A DNA stretch of 64,000 nt, taken from Candidatus Oxydemutatoraceae bacterium (GTDB lineage: Bacteria; Pseudomonadota; Gammaproteobacteria; Poriferisulfidales; Oxydemutatoraceae). Each line of letters starts with the position of its first letter. The first letter of the stretch is position 1. The stretch is taken from assembly GCA_965219575.1 (NCBI GenBank), contig OZ244779.1, positions 2,060,769 through 2,124,768 of the forward strand. The letters are read 5' to 3'. The position numbers and the translations under genes were made by a program. Shown one piece after another: positions 16,961 to 27,803 of this stretch. The notes below the pieces were generated by a model. The model was not told the origin of the DNA and did not search any database. It saw only the letters and a program-made list of their open reading frames with translations.

Positions 16961-17965
16961 ATGAAATTTTCAAGCAACCGTGAAAAAAGTGCCCTATCCA
17001 AGCGTATATACATATTCAGAAGAAAATTCAGCATCGTCTACCGCAACATCGTTAGACTATTTTTTCATATTTATCTCGGCATTTCCGCCAAACATTGCAT
17101 CGTTGCAAGCATAAGGAATCCAACCCTTGCTAACTATCTTTACAGCATCATAGGCATCGCATGGATATGCGAGAAGAAAAACTTAAACCTTAAGTTTGTA
17201 TTTCCGGACGAACTCAAGCCGCTTTTTGAAAATATCCACATAAACAAAAGCTCTCCTTACAAAACCGATTCTAATCAAAAGACATTTTGTATAGACAGCA
17301 TAAATAGCTATTTAGCAAGTACCGGAAGAAGGGCTGCAAGGAAGGATATTTCTGCCGAGTACGGACACGGTGTCATCTCGCAACTATCCATTAGACAAGA
17401 TATACAACATCAAGCGGATGAATGGCTTAACACGCATATTAAAGGAGACTGGGTTGCGGTGCATTACCGAGGCACCGATATGTACACCCATCCTAGATTT
17501 GCCGAACGACTAATGGCAATGGATTCATATATCACCTATCTAAGAGCGATTTTAGACGACCGATGCGGTATTTTTGTGTGTTCGGATCAAGCGCAGTTCA
17601 TAGACAAAGTGCAACTCATATTTCCGAATAGGGTATATTCTAGGGAGATCAGAAGATCCACCGATACCAGAGCTCTGCATCTGCGACATGATAACCACTA
17701 TAGCGACGAAGAAGCATACCACCAAAAATGCGATGCCTTAATAGATGTTTTGATTGCATCTAAAGCTCGGCTCATCTATACAACGGGTTCCCAGTTTATA
17801 GACATCTGCAGATACCTCAATCCGAACATCGGAATTATCTCGTTAAATAGAAATTGGGAGAGAAGGAGTGCTCCGAATTATCTGCCTATTCCACAACGAG
17901 CGTTATTAGAAACGCTAAGAACTAGACAGAGTGATAATTTTCACCAACATCTAAATCGTGATTAA
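16961..17965 (+). CDS. NodZ-like fucosyltransferase, tandem paralogue
   Basis: Same VAVHYRGTD, IFVCSDQ and ALIDVLIASK motifs. Start probably ATG 16961 (ORF track start is 16892). Confidence 0.7.
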   Translation: MKFSSNREKSALSKRIYIFRRKFSIVYRNIVRLFFHIYLGISAKHCIVASIRNPTLANYLYSIIGIAWICEKKNLNLKFVFPDELKPLFENIHINKSSPYKTDSNQKTFCIDSINSYLASTGRRAARKDISAEYGHGVISQLSIRQDIQHQADEWLNTHIKGDWVAVHYRGTDMYTHPRFAERLMAMDSYITYLRAILDDRCGIFVCSDQAQFIDKVQLIFPNRVYSREIRRSTDTRALHLRHDNHYSDEEAYHQKCDALIDVLIASKARLIYTTGSQFIDICRYLNPNIGIISLNRNWERRSAPNYLPIPQRALLETLRTRQSDNFHQHLNRD

Positions 17966-18000
17966 AAGATAGGTTCTATAGAGTCCTATGTCATACCGAA

Positions 18001-19050
18001 CTAAACATATAAGACTTTATATTTTTGTTGGAGAGAATGTTTTTGATAGTCGTAACAACCTACCACACAAGGAGGAGATACGATGCGCAGATTTGCTAGA
18101 CGATTCCCGTGCAAATGCCAAGGAATGCTATCTATTGCTAAGAGACTGCGACTTATAGCCGCCGACTTCCATTCTTTTATTGCTCTTCGGTTTACCAAGT
18201 AAGCCATCCCCGAAGTAGGTCTTTCGGCAGGCTCGGCGATGCAATGATGTGCGTTTATAACTTGACAGCTCGTTTTAGCAGGCAATCCACCCAGTCGACG
18301 CGCTGTATATCCTATCAAATCTTTATACGATTTAAGTGCCTCGGATGTCATTGAAAAGAGCAGCCATACTAGACTTTGTTCGCGGTTGTGCAATTTGACC
18401 ATATTTTTGTATTCATTTATAAAATTCTCTAGTATTTCCATTACGGCTTTTGATTGCTCGGAATATAAAGAAGGCGAGATGCCCAGTAATTCATTTATAT
18501 GTTCGTGCATATATGATTTTTTTCTAGTACGATATTTTATTAATAATACATAATTGTAGGATTTTATAATCCGCCTGTAGATATTGTTGAATCTCTCCAG
18601 TGCTTTGCGAATAGTACTAGAATGGCTGGAAAGCATCAGTATATCCCACTCCAGTATGGATACGGTTTTAAGAACTTCGGAAAAAGTCGGCAACACTATG
18701 GCATCATCTTCCAATACACACGCGACATCGTCGTTATTTTCAAGTATCAAATTGTAAGTTTTAACATGGCTCAGTAAACAGGCAAGGTGACCTAACCTGT
18801 TAAGATTTTGTTCTTTATTCGCTTTGGACACACCGGCAAATTTAGAATACTTGTATTCTAGGTCGGCTTCGTCGATGCCTAAGATGCGGCTAATATCGCT
18901 ACGATATCGAGGTTCTTTCAGATCGAACTTATCAATCGCGTCTACAAACCGATACCTTAAACCAAACGAATCTAATTGTCTTTGTATATGTAGTCTACGC
19001 TCGGGGGTACGTTTTAGATTAATAACATAGATAGGAGGAAGGGTTGCCAT
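18001..19050 (-). CDS. Glycosyltransferase family 25 (LOS/LPS), copy 1
   Basis: IYVINLKRTPERR, CLLSH, VLEDDA, AYLVN and AID motifs. Confidence 0.88.
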   Translation of the reverse strand: MATLPPIYVINLKRTPERRLHIQRQLDSFGLRYRFVDAIDKFDLKEPRYRSDISRILGIDEADLEYKYSKFAGVSKANKEQNLNRLGHLACLLSHVKTYNLILENNDDVACVLEDDAIVLPTFSEVLKTVSILEWDILMLSSHSSTIRKALERFNNIYRRIIKSYNYVLLIKYRTRKKSYMHEHINELLGISPSLYSEQSKAVMEILENFINEYKNMVKLHNREQSLVWLLFSMTSEALKSYKDLIGYTARRLGGLPAKTSCQVINAHHCIAEPAERPTSGMAYLVNRRAIKEWKSAAISRSLLAIDSIPWHLHGNRLANLRIVSPPCVVGCYDYQKHSLQQKYKVLYV

Positions 19051-19092
19051 TATGATTATTCGAACTAAGAATTTACTTCATACTATACATTA

Positions 19093-20154
19093 CTATCCGA
19101 GGCGAGAACTATACTTGAATGAACTATGTGTAGTTGCCGCACAAGGCGGAGTAATTATTCGTAGTTTCGCCTGCGCATTTTTGTATAGCTCCCAAGGAAC
19201 ATCATCTATTGCCAAAGCGTTGTTTGCAAGTGCTTCGTGCTTCCATTTCATTGCAACCTGCTGTTTTACCAAATAGGCTGCAGCGGAGTAAGGTTTATAT
19301 TGGGGTTCGGAGATACAATGATGCTCGGTTATTAAATTCAGACTAGTTTTTTCGGGTAATGCACCAAGCTGCATAATAATATACGGTATTAGATATCTGT
19401 TTAAGGTTTTATATACTTTATACCGTTTATGCTCTAGCATAAAGATACGGCGATTAGCCGGCATAATCGTTTTTGCAATCTCTGCGTATTTACTATCATA
19501 TTCTTTTATGGTGTTTGCGAAACTTTCCTGTTGTTTGCAATATATACTAGAATTAAAACCATACTCTTCCGATAAGCGTTTTATACGATAATCTTTTTCT
19601 TTTTGAGATGATGGGGTTTTCTTGAGTTGACGACTTAAAAATACCAAATCTTTGCTGAAAATACGAATATGTTTAATACGTTTTTTTAGTATTTCCTCGG
19701 AAAATTTAGTTGGGTAATGAGCAAATAGCAGTATATCCCATTCCAGTTCGGGGGCAATTTTAAGAACCTCGGGAAAAGTCGGCAGTAAGGTGGCATCGTC
19801 CTCCAGTATGCACGCCCATTCGATACCCTTTTTGACCATCGAGTCATAAATTCTGATATGGCTTAATACGATAGCAAGCTGACCTAGGTTGGCATTTTTC
19901 CAGTTTTTGTCTTTCTCGGTTTTCGCATGATCGATGATCGCAGCATATTTGTTCTCCAAAAGCGACTTGTCAATACCTAACGATTGGGCAATTCGCATGC
20001 GATATGCTCTGGATTCTATCTCGTATTTATCAATATCGTCTACATCTACAAACTCGCACTCCAAACCGCGCGCATCCATCTGTCTTTGTATATGTAACTT
20101 GCGCTCGGGGTTGCGTTTTAGATTAATAACATAGATAGGAGGAAAGGTTGACAT
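19093..20154 (-). CDS. Glycosyltransferase family 25, copy 2
   Basis: IYVINLKRNPERK, LSH, ILEDDA. Confidence 0.88.
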   Translation of the reverse strand: MSTFPPIYVINLKRNPERKLHIQRQMDARGLECEFVDVDDIDKYEIESRAYRMRIAQSLGIDKSLLENKYAAIIDHAKTEKDKNWKNANLGQLAIVLSHIRIYDSMVKKGIEWACILEDDATLLPTFPEVLKIAPELEWDILLFAHYPTKFSEEILKKRIKHIRIFSKDLVFLSRQLKKTPSSQKEKDYRIKRLSEEYGFNSSIYCKQQESFANTIKEYDSKYAEIAKTIMPANRRIFMLEHKRYKVYKTLNRYLIPYIIMQLGALPEKTSLNLITEHHCISEPQYKPYSAAAYLVKQQVAMKWKHEALANNALAIDDVPWELYKNAQAKLRIITPPCAATTHSSFKYSSRLG

Positions 20155-20196
20155 TATGATTACTTGAACCGGAAATTTATTTCTTACGATAAACGA

Positions 20197-21234
20197 CTAT
20201 TTGATACGAGTACTATACATGAATGAGCTCTGTGTGGGTACCGCACAAGGCGGAGTAATTATTCTTAGCTTTGCCTGTGCATTTTTGTATAGCTCCCAGG
20301 GAACATCGTCTATTGCCAAGGCGTTGCTTGCAAGAGCTTCGTTCCTCCATTTGACTGCAACCGGTTGTCTTACTAAATAGGCTGTAGCCAGAAAGGTGAA
20401 GTATCCCGGCTCGGCGATACAGTGATGGTCGGTTATTAAATTCAGACTGTCTTTTTTGGGTAACGCACCGAACTTCGAAAAAATATATCCTTTTAGATAT
20501 CTGCGCAATGTTCTGTACTTCATATACAACTCAGGTTTAATTAAAAGCAAACGGCGATTAGCCGGCACAATCGTTTTTACAATCTCTGCGTATTTACTGT
20601 CATATTCTTTTATAGTATTTGCGAGACTCTCCGATTGTTTGCAATATGCGTGAGAATTAAAACCGTACTCTTCCATTAAGCATTTTATACGATAATCTTT
20701 TCCTTTTTGGAGTTGACGAATTAAGAATACTAAATCTTTGCCAAAAACACGGACGCGTCTAATAGGATTTTTTAGTATTTTAGCAGGCAATCCGATAGAT
20801 TTATTAACAAGCAACAATATATCCCAATCCAGTTGAGGGGTAATTTTAAGAACCTCGAGGAAAGTCGGCAATAACTTAGCATCGTCTTCTAGTATGCACG
20901 CCACATCGATACCATTTTTAACCATCAAGTCATAAACTTTGATATGGCTTAATATGATAGCAAGCTGACCCATGCCTGCATTTTTCCAGTTTTTGCCTTC
21001 CTCAATTTTTACACGATTTACTATCTTGGCATATTTGTTTGCCAAAATAGCTTCGTCTATACCCAGCGTGCGGCTAATCCGACTACGGTATTGGGACGAT
21101 TGCAAATCAAACTTATCAATTGCATCTACGAATTGATAGTTTAAGCCCAAAGTATCCAGCTGTCTTTGTATGTACAGTCTGCGCTCGGGAGTACGTTTTA
21201 GATTAATAACATAGATCGGAAGAAAGGTTGCCAT
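20197..21234 (-). CDS. Glycosyltransferase family 25, copy 3
   Basis: Same motifs. Confidence 0.88.
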   Translation of the reverse strand: MATFLPIYVINLKRTPERRLYIQRQLDTLGLNYQFVDAIDKFDLQSSQYRSRISRTLGIDEAILANKYAKIVNRVKIEEGKNWKNAGMGQLAIILSHIKVYDLMVKNGIDVACILEDDAKLLPTFLEVLKITPQLDWDILLLVNKSIGLPAKILKNPIRRVRVFGKDLVFLIRQLQKGKDYRIKCLMEEYGFNSHAYCKQSESLANTIKEYDSKYAEIVKTIVPANRRLLLIKPELYMKYRTLRRYLKGYIFSKFGALPKKDSLNLITDHHCIAEPGYFTFLATAYLVRQPVAVKWRNEALASNALAIDDVPWELYKNAQAKLRIITPPCAVPTQSSFMYSTRIK

Positions 21235-21276
21235 GATAGTCTTTGAAATGAGAATTTATTTGTGTTTTACAAAGTA

Positions 21277-22341
21277 TTAGTGACGACGAACACTATGTAC
21301 AAGATAATTATATGTGGCATGCGCACAAGGCAAAGTAACTATTCGTAGCTTGACCTGCTCATTTTGGTATAACTCCCAAGGAATCTGGTCTATTGCCAAG
21401 ATGTCGGGAGCAAGGGCTCTGCGTTTCCACTTCATCGCAACCGATTGATTGACTAAATAGGCTGTAACCGAGTAAGGTGCATGTTGAGGCTCGGCGATAC
21501 AATGATGCTCGGTTATCGATTCCAGACTATTTTGTTCGGGAGAGGCACCGAGCTGAATGGAAGTATATATCCCTAGACATTGACGCACTTTTCTATATCT
21601 TAGGTATCGTTGATGCTTAACCAGAGATAAACGGCGTTTGTCCGGGATGATTTCTTTTATGATTTTCTTATATTTCATGTCGTGTTCTTCGAGAATTTTT
21701 ATAAAACGCTCCAACTGTTTGTCGTATAGATGAGAATTAAAGCCGTACTCTTTCAATGAACATTTTATACGGTAGGCTCTTTGCTTTGAACTATCGGCAT
21801 TGTTGATTTTACGATGACTGAAAAATAGTATATCTTTATCAAAAATACGAACACGCTCAATAAATTTTTTCTGTATAACAGCTGAGGAAAAATTGGAAGG
21901 CTGACTGGCAAGTAGCAGTATATCCCATTCTAGTTTAGGGGCAATTTTAAGAACCTCGGAGAAAGTCGGCAATAAGGTGGCATCATCCTCCAGTATGCAT
22001 GCCCACTCGATACCATTTTTGACCATCGAGTCATAAATTCTGATATGGCTTAATACGATAGCAAGCTGACCTAGGTTGGCATTTTCCCAGTTTTTGTCTC
22101 TCTCGGTTTTCGCATGATCAATGATCGCAGCATATTTGTTTTCTAAAAGGGATTCATCAATGCCTAATGATTGGGCAATTCGCATACGATATGCTTTGGA
22201 TTCCATCTCATATTTGTCAATATCGTCTACATCTACAAACTCATACTCCAAGCCGAGCGCATCCAGTTGTCTTTGTATATGTAGCCTACGCTCAGGGGTA
22301 CGCTTTAGATTGATAACATAGATGGGAGGATAGGTTGCCAT
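21277..22341 (-). CDS. Glycosyltransferase family 25, copy 4
   Basis: Same motifs. Confidence 0.88.
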   Translation of the reverse strand: MATYPPIYVINLKRTPERRLHIQRQLDALGLEYEFVDVDDIDKYEMESKAYRMRIAQSLGIDESLLENKYAAIIDHAKTERDKNWENANLGQLAIVLSHIRIYDSMVKNGIEWACILEDDATLLPTFSEVLKIAPKLEWDILLLASQPSNFSSAVIQKKFIERVRIFDKDILFFSHRKINNADSSKQRAYRIKCSLKEYGFNSHLYDKQLERFIKILEEHDMKYKKIIKEIIPDKRRLSLVKHQRYLRYRKVRQCLGIYTSIQLGASPEQNSLESITEHHCIAEPQHAPYSVTAYLVNQSVAMKWKRRALAPDILAIDQIPWELYQNEQVKLRIVTLPCAHATYNYLVHSVRRH

Positions 22342-22373
22342 TATAGTTTTTGGAATGAATATTTGCTTCTACA

Positions 22374-23639
22374 TTACCGGCGACGAACACTATATTTAAA
22401 GTAGCCGTAAGTAGATGTCGCACAAGGCGGAGTAACTATTCGTAGCTTCACCTGCTCATTTTTGTATAACATCCAGGGAATCTGATCTATTGGCGAAATG
22501 TCGGAAGCAAGGGCACTGCGTTTCCATTTCATTGCCGTCGATTGATTTACCAAATAGGCTGCGGTCGAGTAAGGCGTATACTTCGGTTCGGCAATACGAT
22601 GATGTTTAGTTATTGATTCCAAACTACTTTTTTCGGGTAATGCACCGAATTGCATTGAAGTATGTATATCCAGGGCATTAAACAATTCACCGTATCTCCT
22701 CTTACATGATCTATATTTTATAAAAAATAAAGGGAGGTTATCCGCCATGGCTGCTGTCGTTATATTCTCTTTATTTATATAATGTTCTTCGATCTTTTTC
22801 ATGATGCCTTCCAACTGTCCGGGGTGCGGATCAATTCCGTAATTCTCCAATAAATTTTTTATTTGGTACACTCTTTGCTTTGAATTATTAGAGTTATTAA
22901 TTCGGAAGTTAAAAGGCCATAAATATTTAATAAACTCCTTAAATACAAAATATCTAAAACGCTTTCTCCGTAATAAATTTGAATGCCAAAAGCCGGTAGG
23001 CTGACTTGCAAGTAGCAGTATATCCCATTCCAGTCTGGGAGCAATTTTAAGAACCTCGGAAAAAGTCGGCAATAAGGTGGCATCATCTTCCAGTATGCAT
23101 GCCCGGTCAATACCATTTTTAACCATCGAGTCATAAATTTTGATATGGCTTGATGCGATGGCAAGCTGACCTAAGTTGGCATTTGGGGCTGTTGAAAAAG
23201 TATCCACGAACTATGGGAACGGTACATTCCCCTCCTTTGGAGGGGTGGCAGGCGCAGCCTGACGGGGTGGTTGTGTCCTATCTGCACTATTTTATTCATT
23301 CATCCAATTTATGGAAACCAAAACCAAATGGCGCAAGCGGTTGCGGTTGCAAGCTGACGATACTTTTTCAACAGCCCCATTTTTCCAGTTTTTGTCTTTC
23401 TCGGTTTTCGCATGATCGATTATCGCAGCATATTTGTTTTCTAAAAGCAGTTCGTCAATGCCTAACGATTGAGCAATGTGCATGCGGTATGCCTTGGATT
23501 TCATTTCATATTTATCAATATCGTCTACATCTACAAACTCACACTCCAAACTGAGCGCATTCAGCTGTCTTTGTATGTGTAGCCTACGCTCGGGATTACG
23601 CTTTAGATTAATAACATAAATAGGAGGAAAGTTTGCCAT
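22374..23639 (-). pseudogene. Glycosyltransferase family 25, copy 5, disrupted by a MITE
   Basis: The N-part (MANFPPIYVINL...KNWKN) and C-part (NANLGQLA...) rejoin when 23185..23378 and one ATTT copy are removed. Confidence 0.9.
23185..23378. mobile_element. 194-bp MITE
   Basis: Perfect TIRs GGGGCTGTTGAAAAAGTA / TACTTTTTCAACAGCCCC and 4-bp TSD ATTT. Confidence 0.92.
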
Positions 23640-23696
23640 TATGGTTTTTGAGCCGAGAATTTATTTCTGCATTATAAAGCATTACCGCAACAAACC

Positions 23697-23949
23697 GGGG
23701 CTGTTGAAAAAGTCCCGTTTGGCAAGAACCCAATCGCTTTGCGCTGCATAATTATCCAACCCACCTGTAGGGGCAGACTTATATGTCTGCCTTTAAGTGC
23801 CATTCTGCACAGCCGTAACCGCTTGCGCCGTATGTTTTTGGTTTCCATAAATCGGGTGAATGAATGTATAAATCGTGCAGACATAACGCGTTACGGGCGG
23901 ACATGCCAGTCCGCCCCTACATTGTATGAAATACTTTTTCAATAGCCCC
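23697..23949. mobile_element. MITE copy with REP palindromes, upstream of the GT25 array
   Basis: Both TIRs are present, with GTAGGGGCAGAC..GTCTGCC and GGGCGGAC..GTCCGCCCCTAC inside. No TSD. Confidence 0.8.
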
Positions 23950-23961
23950 ATGTGAATATCA

Positions 23962-24399
23962 TCATGTTTGTAATATAAAAGTAACCGGCCCCTCGTTGAC
24001 CAGCTTGACTTGCATCGTCGCACCGAACTTGCCACGGCTGAGTTTGGAGTATACGCTACGCATGTTTGTATAGAGATGTTCAAACAGCGAGCAAGCAGTT
24101 TCGGGTTTTGCGGCTTTCGTAAAACTGGGACGCATACCTTTGTCCGTGTTCGCAGCTAAGGTGAATTGCGGCACCAGCAATACTTCACCGCCTACTTCCG
24201 TAACCGGTAGGTTCATTTTGCCTTCGTTGTCGGAAAATATACGATAACCTAAGATGCGCTCTCCCATGCGCATGGCACATCGTTTGTCGTCGTCGGGTTG
24301 TACCGCAACTAATACCAGTACACCACGGCTAATCTCGGCAACGATATTGCCTTCTATCCGTACGCAACCATAACTAACTCTTTGTAGCAAAGCAATCAT
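23962..24399 (-). CDS. dtd: D-aminoacyl-tRNA deacylase
   Basis: MIALLQRV, PQFTL, RPSF and NEGPVT motifs. True start is probably 24399. Confidence 0.95.
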   Translation of the reverse strand: MIALLQRVSYGCVRIEGNIVAEISRGVLVLVAVQPDDDKRCAMRMGERILGYRIFSDNEGKMNLPVTEVGGEVLLVPQFTLAANTDKGMRPSFTKAAKPETACSLFEHLYTNMRSVYSKLSRGKFGATMQVKLVNEGPVTFILQT

Positions 24400-24415
24400 C
24401 TCCGTATCACGGATG

Positions 24416-25369
24416 TCATCCGCCGATACGCTCCGCCATTGCATCGGTACTTCGTATCAAACGGTCGGTAATACCGTGTTCAAAAGCCGAATGCCCTGCT
24501 TCTGCAACAATATGTAATTCGGCTTTTTGCCAATGCCGGTGCAATAACCATGCTTGTTCAATCGGACATACAATATCGTAGCGTCCATGAACAATCATTG
24601 CCGGTATATCGGAAAGCCTATTCATGTGGTTTAACAACGGTCGATCCTTTAGAAAAACATGGTGAACAAAATAATGGCACTCTATTCTCGCCAGGCTCAA
24701 TGCGACTTTATCTCGAGTGAAAAAGTCAATCACTTCTGTATTGGAATTTAGATTGGATGTGCATGCTTCCCATCGCGCCCATGCTCTTGCCGCTTGTAGT
24801 CGCACATCTGTATCTTCGCTCGTTAGGCGGCGATAATACGCACCGACCATATCCTTTCGCTCTTCGGGTGGAATGATACTTTGATAATCTTTCCAAAAGT
24901 CCGGAAATATATAGCTTGCGCCATCTTGATAAAACCATGCTATGTCTCTCTCCCTACACAAGAATATGCCTCGCAAAATAAGCCCTAAGCAACGTGCAGG
25001 ATAGATTTGAGCATATGCAAGGGCTAGAGTAGAACCCCACGAACCACCGAATACAATCCATTGCTCAATTCCTGAATCTATGCGTATTCGCTCCATGTCG
25101 TCTATCAAATGCAAGGTGGTGTTGTGGCGTAACTCGGCGTGTGGTGTGGAACGACCGCAACCTCGCTGATCAAATAGAACGATACGATAGAGTTCGGGAT
25201 TAAAAAAGCAACGATGACTCGGCTCGCAACCGGCACCCGGTCCGCCGTGCAGAAAAACAACCGGCAACCCGTTGGGGTTGCCGCTCTCTTCTACATACAA
25301 TACATGGTCGTTATCTACACTAAGCGTGTATTGCTTATAAGGTTCAATCGCAGAATAAAGATGGCGCAT
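24416..25369 (-). CDS. pip: Proline iminopeptidase
   Basis: LHGGPG, DQRGCGRS, GGSWG, GRYD and AGHS motifs. Confidence 0.95.
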   Translation of the reverse strand: MRHLYSAIEPYKQYTLSVDNDHVLYVEESGNPNGLPVVFLHGGPGAGCEPSHRCFFNPELYRIVLFDQRGCGRSTPHAELRHNTTLHLIDDMERIRIDSGIEQWIVFGGSWGSTLALAYAQIYPARCLGLILRGIFLCRERDIAWFYQDGASYIFPDFWKDYQSIIPPEERKDMVGAYYRRLTSEDTDVRLQAARAWARWEACTSNLNSNTEVIDFFTRDKVALSLARIECHYFVHHVFLKDRPLLNHMNRLSDIPAMIVHGRYDIVCPIEQAWLLHRHWQKAELHIVAEAGHSAFEHGITDRLIRSTDAMAERIGG

Positions 25370-25395
25370 AGCTTGTTCCTCTAGGTGCTATAATA

Positions 25396-26286
25396 ATGCT
25401 TAATACTACCTATCAAATACCAAAAATGTTTCGTGAATTTCTTAAAAATTATTTTATACCGGTATTGATCGGTCTATTAAGTAGAAGTAACACCAACTCA
25501 TTTTTATCAACAGGCATTACAGACTTATTATTAAATTTATATATGAACAGGGCGATTGTAAAAAGACAATTTAACCAATATACAAAACAGCACGTTTTTA
25601 ATCATAATGCCTTATGGTCTTTTCCCGGAAGCGGCAATCACTGGGTCCGTTTTATAACAGAGTATCTTACCGGTTGCCCTACCCGTGGTTGCGCATCAAA
25701 TCCAAAAGATATTCCTATATATCTAAATACTTTCCCTAGTGAAGAACACCCATTAGTCCATGTAAATCCGGAAAATCCTTTCATTCTTTATAAATCTCAT
25801 ACCGCTTATACAACGAATTTCAGGAACGCTATTATACTACTGATTAGAAATTACCATAACTATCTTAGCGGGCTATCTCAAGGTGTATTGAGTTTTGAAA
25901 AAAACAGTAAACTTCGTTTTCTATGTGGGGCTATCACTCATTTTGAGTTGATAAATGTCTACGATCGTTTTAGTGGAAATAAAATGGTTATATACTATGA
26001 AGATTTATTGACATACCCGGAAAGAGAAATATCTCGTATTAGATATTTTTTGAATGGATCTCATGAACGTTATGAGGCTTTCATGGAGAACTATGACCAC
26101 TATGCAGAACTTTCTAAGCAAGGAAAAGGTAGAGATTGGCTTCATAATGATGAATACGTCCAAGAGATGAAAAATCAAAAAAAGTTAACCAAGCAGGATA
26201 TAATAGCTAGAAAAAATATCTTTGGGATATTGCTTGCCACCAAACGATACCAAAATGTAAAACCTTATCTCACTAGATACGGATAA
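25396..26286 (+). CDS. Sulfotransferase-domain protein
   Basis: SFPGSGNHWVRF (5'-PSB-like), LLIRN and YYEDL motifs. Start may be ATG 25426. Confidence 0.65.
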   Translation: MLNTTYQIPKMFREFLKNYFIPVLIGLLSRSNTNSFLSTGITDLLLNLYMNRAIVKRQFNQYTKQHVFNHNALWSFPGSGNHWVRFITEYLTGCPTRGCASNPKDIPIYLNTFPSEEHPLVHVNPENPFILYKSHTAYTTNFRNAIILLIRNYHNYLSGLSQGVLSFEKNSKLRFLCGAITHFELINVYDRFSGNKMVIYYEDLLTYPEREISRIRYFLNGSHERYEAFMENYDHYAELSKQGKGRDWLHNDEYVQEMKNQKKLTKQDIIARKNIFGILLATKRYQNVKPYLTRYG

Positions 26287-26484
26287 TTACATCGCAAACC
26301 ACCTTCCTTTGAGTAGTATCCTATATGTCTACTCCTCTGACAAATAACATCCGATTAACCGGACAATTAGCTGTTAAAAAATCGGCACAACAACCTTGCG
26401 TTAATTGTCTAATAGATGATGGTATCATACACTTTTTTCTATATGTTCTACAGTAACCTCAATACTACTTAAAAAATACCATAA

Positions 26485-27312
26485 ATGTTTCGTAAATTAC
26501 TTAAACGTCCGATGTTAGTATTCGCCGGTTTATTATTTAATAAACTTAATAGCAACTCTTTTTTTTCAAGAAAAATAGGAAACTTCTTATTACATTTTTT
26601 TTTAACTACCCAGAAAAAAGAAGCTAACTATTTCAGTAAAAAACTTACTTTTGATCACAATACACTATGGTCGGCTCATAGGAGCGGCAATCATTGGACT
26701 CGTTTTATAGCTGAATATCTTAGCGGTTGTCCTTCTGCAGGATGCATAAGAAATGAAAAAGATGTTCCTATTTATCTAAATACTTTTCCCGGTAAAGAAC
26801 ACCCATTAGCCCATGTGAATCCGGAAAATCCCTTTGTTCTTTATAAATCACATTGGGCTTATAAAATAACTTCAAGGTCGGCCATTTTGCTGATAATTAG
26901 AAATCATCATGAAGCTATTAGCCGTCCAAGTAAACTCAAAGAACTTGTGCTTACAGCTTTTCTATATTTAAACTTAATAGCCGCCTACGATCGTTTTAGC
27001 GGAAATAAAATGGTTATATACTATGAAGATTTATTAACATACCCTGAAAGAGAAATATCTCGCATTAGATATTTTTTGAATGGATCCAATGAACGTTACA
27101 AAACTTTAATGGATAACCATGACCACTACGCAGAACTCATGAGACAAGGAAAAAATAGAGACTGGTATGGCTCCCACTCTGCTAGAGATCTTAAATTTCA
27201 TCAAAAAAAATTAAGCAAGCAAAATCTAATAACTAGGAAAAATGTTTTTCAAGCGTTACTCGCCACTAAACAATATCAATGCGTAAAGCCTTATCTTGCT
27301 AAATACGGATAA
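26485..27312 (+). CDS. Sulfotransferase-domain protein, tandem paralogue
   Basis: SAHRSGNHWTRF, LIIRN and YYEDL motifs. Shares long blocks with the previous gene. Confidence 0.65.
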   Translation: MFRKLLKRPMLVFAGLLFNKLNSNSFFSRKIGNFLLHFFLTTQKKEANYFSKKLTFDHNTLWSAHRSGNHWTRFIAEYLSGCPSAGCIRNEKDVPIYLNTFPGKEHPLAHVNPENPFVLYKSHWAYKITSRSAILLIIRNHHEAISRPSKLKELVLTAFLYLNLIAAYDRFSGNKMVIYYEDLLTYPEREISRIRYFLNGSNERYKTLMDNHDHYAELMRQGKNRDWYGSHSARDLKFHQKKLSKQNLITRKNVFQALLATKQYQCVKPYLAKYG

Positions 27313-27351
27313 TTGCAATGCGAGCCGACCTCCTCCTTCAGAATATCCCAT

Positions 27352-27801
27352 ATGTCTATTCCTCTCACAAATAACATCGGATTAACCAGACGCTTAGCCG
27401 CAATAGTGTATGACTTGATTTTATTGTTTGCGGTTCTGCTCATTGCAAGTTTGCCGTGGGCAATCTCGGGTATACAACAAGGTCAAGCAGGTTATTTGTT
27501 TTATGTGTTTTTTATCTATGCACTAATCCCTCTATACTATATAGGTTTCTGGGTATACGGCGGTCAAACACTCGGTATGAAAACATGGAAAATACGCGTT
27601 GTAGATGTGGAGGGGCATCCGATAGGATGGAGAAAAGCGTTGTTGCGTATCGTTTGTGCCGTTTTATCGTCAATAGTCTGCGGCTTTGGATTTATCCATG
27701 TGCTTTTCGATAAGCAGAATCGTGCTTGGCACGATATTCTGTCAAAAAGCCGATTGATCAGCGTATCACCCTATCCGCATAAGACATTCAGCACAAAGTA
27801 G
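27352..27801 (+). CDS. RDD-family membrane protein
   Basis: RRLAAIVYD, GQTLGMKTW and WHD motifs. Confidence 0.9.
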   Translation: MSIPLTNNIGLTRRLAAIVYDLILLFAVLLIASLPWAISGIQQGQAGYLFYVFFIYALIPLYYIGFWVYGGQTLGMKTWKIRVVDVEGHPIGWRKALLRIVCAVLSSIVCGFGFIHVLFDKQNRAWHDILSKSRLISVSPYPHKTFSTK

Positions 27802-27803
27802 TA

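Noticed and set aside
18001-23639. Integron cassette array or diversity-generating retroelement
   Set aside because: The spacers are only 30-45 bp with no attC-like palindromes. There is no reverse transcriptase or template repeat, and variation is not adenine-specific.
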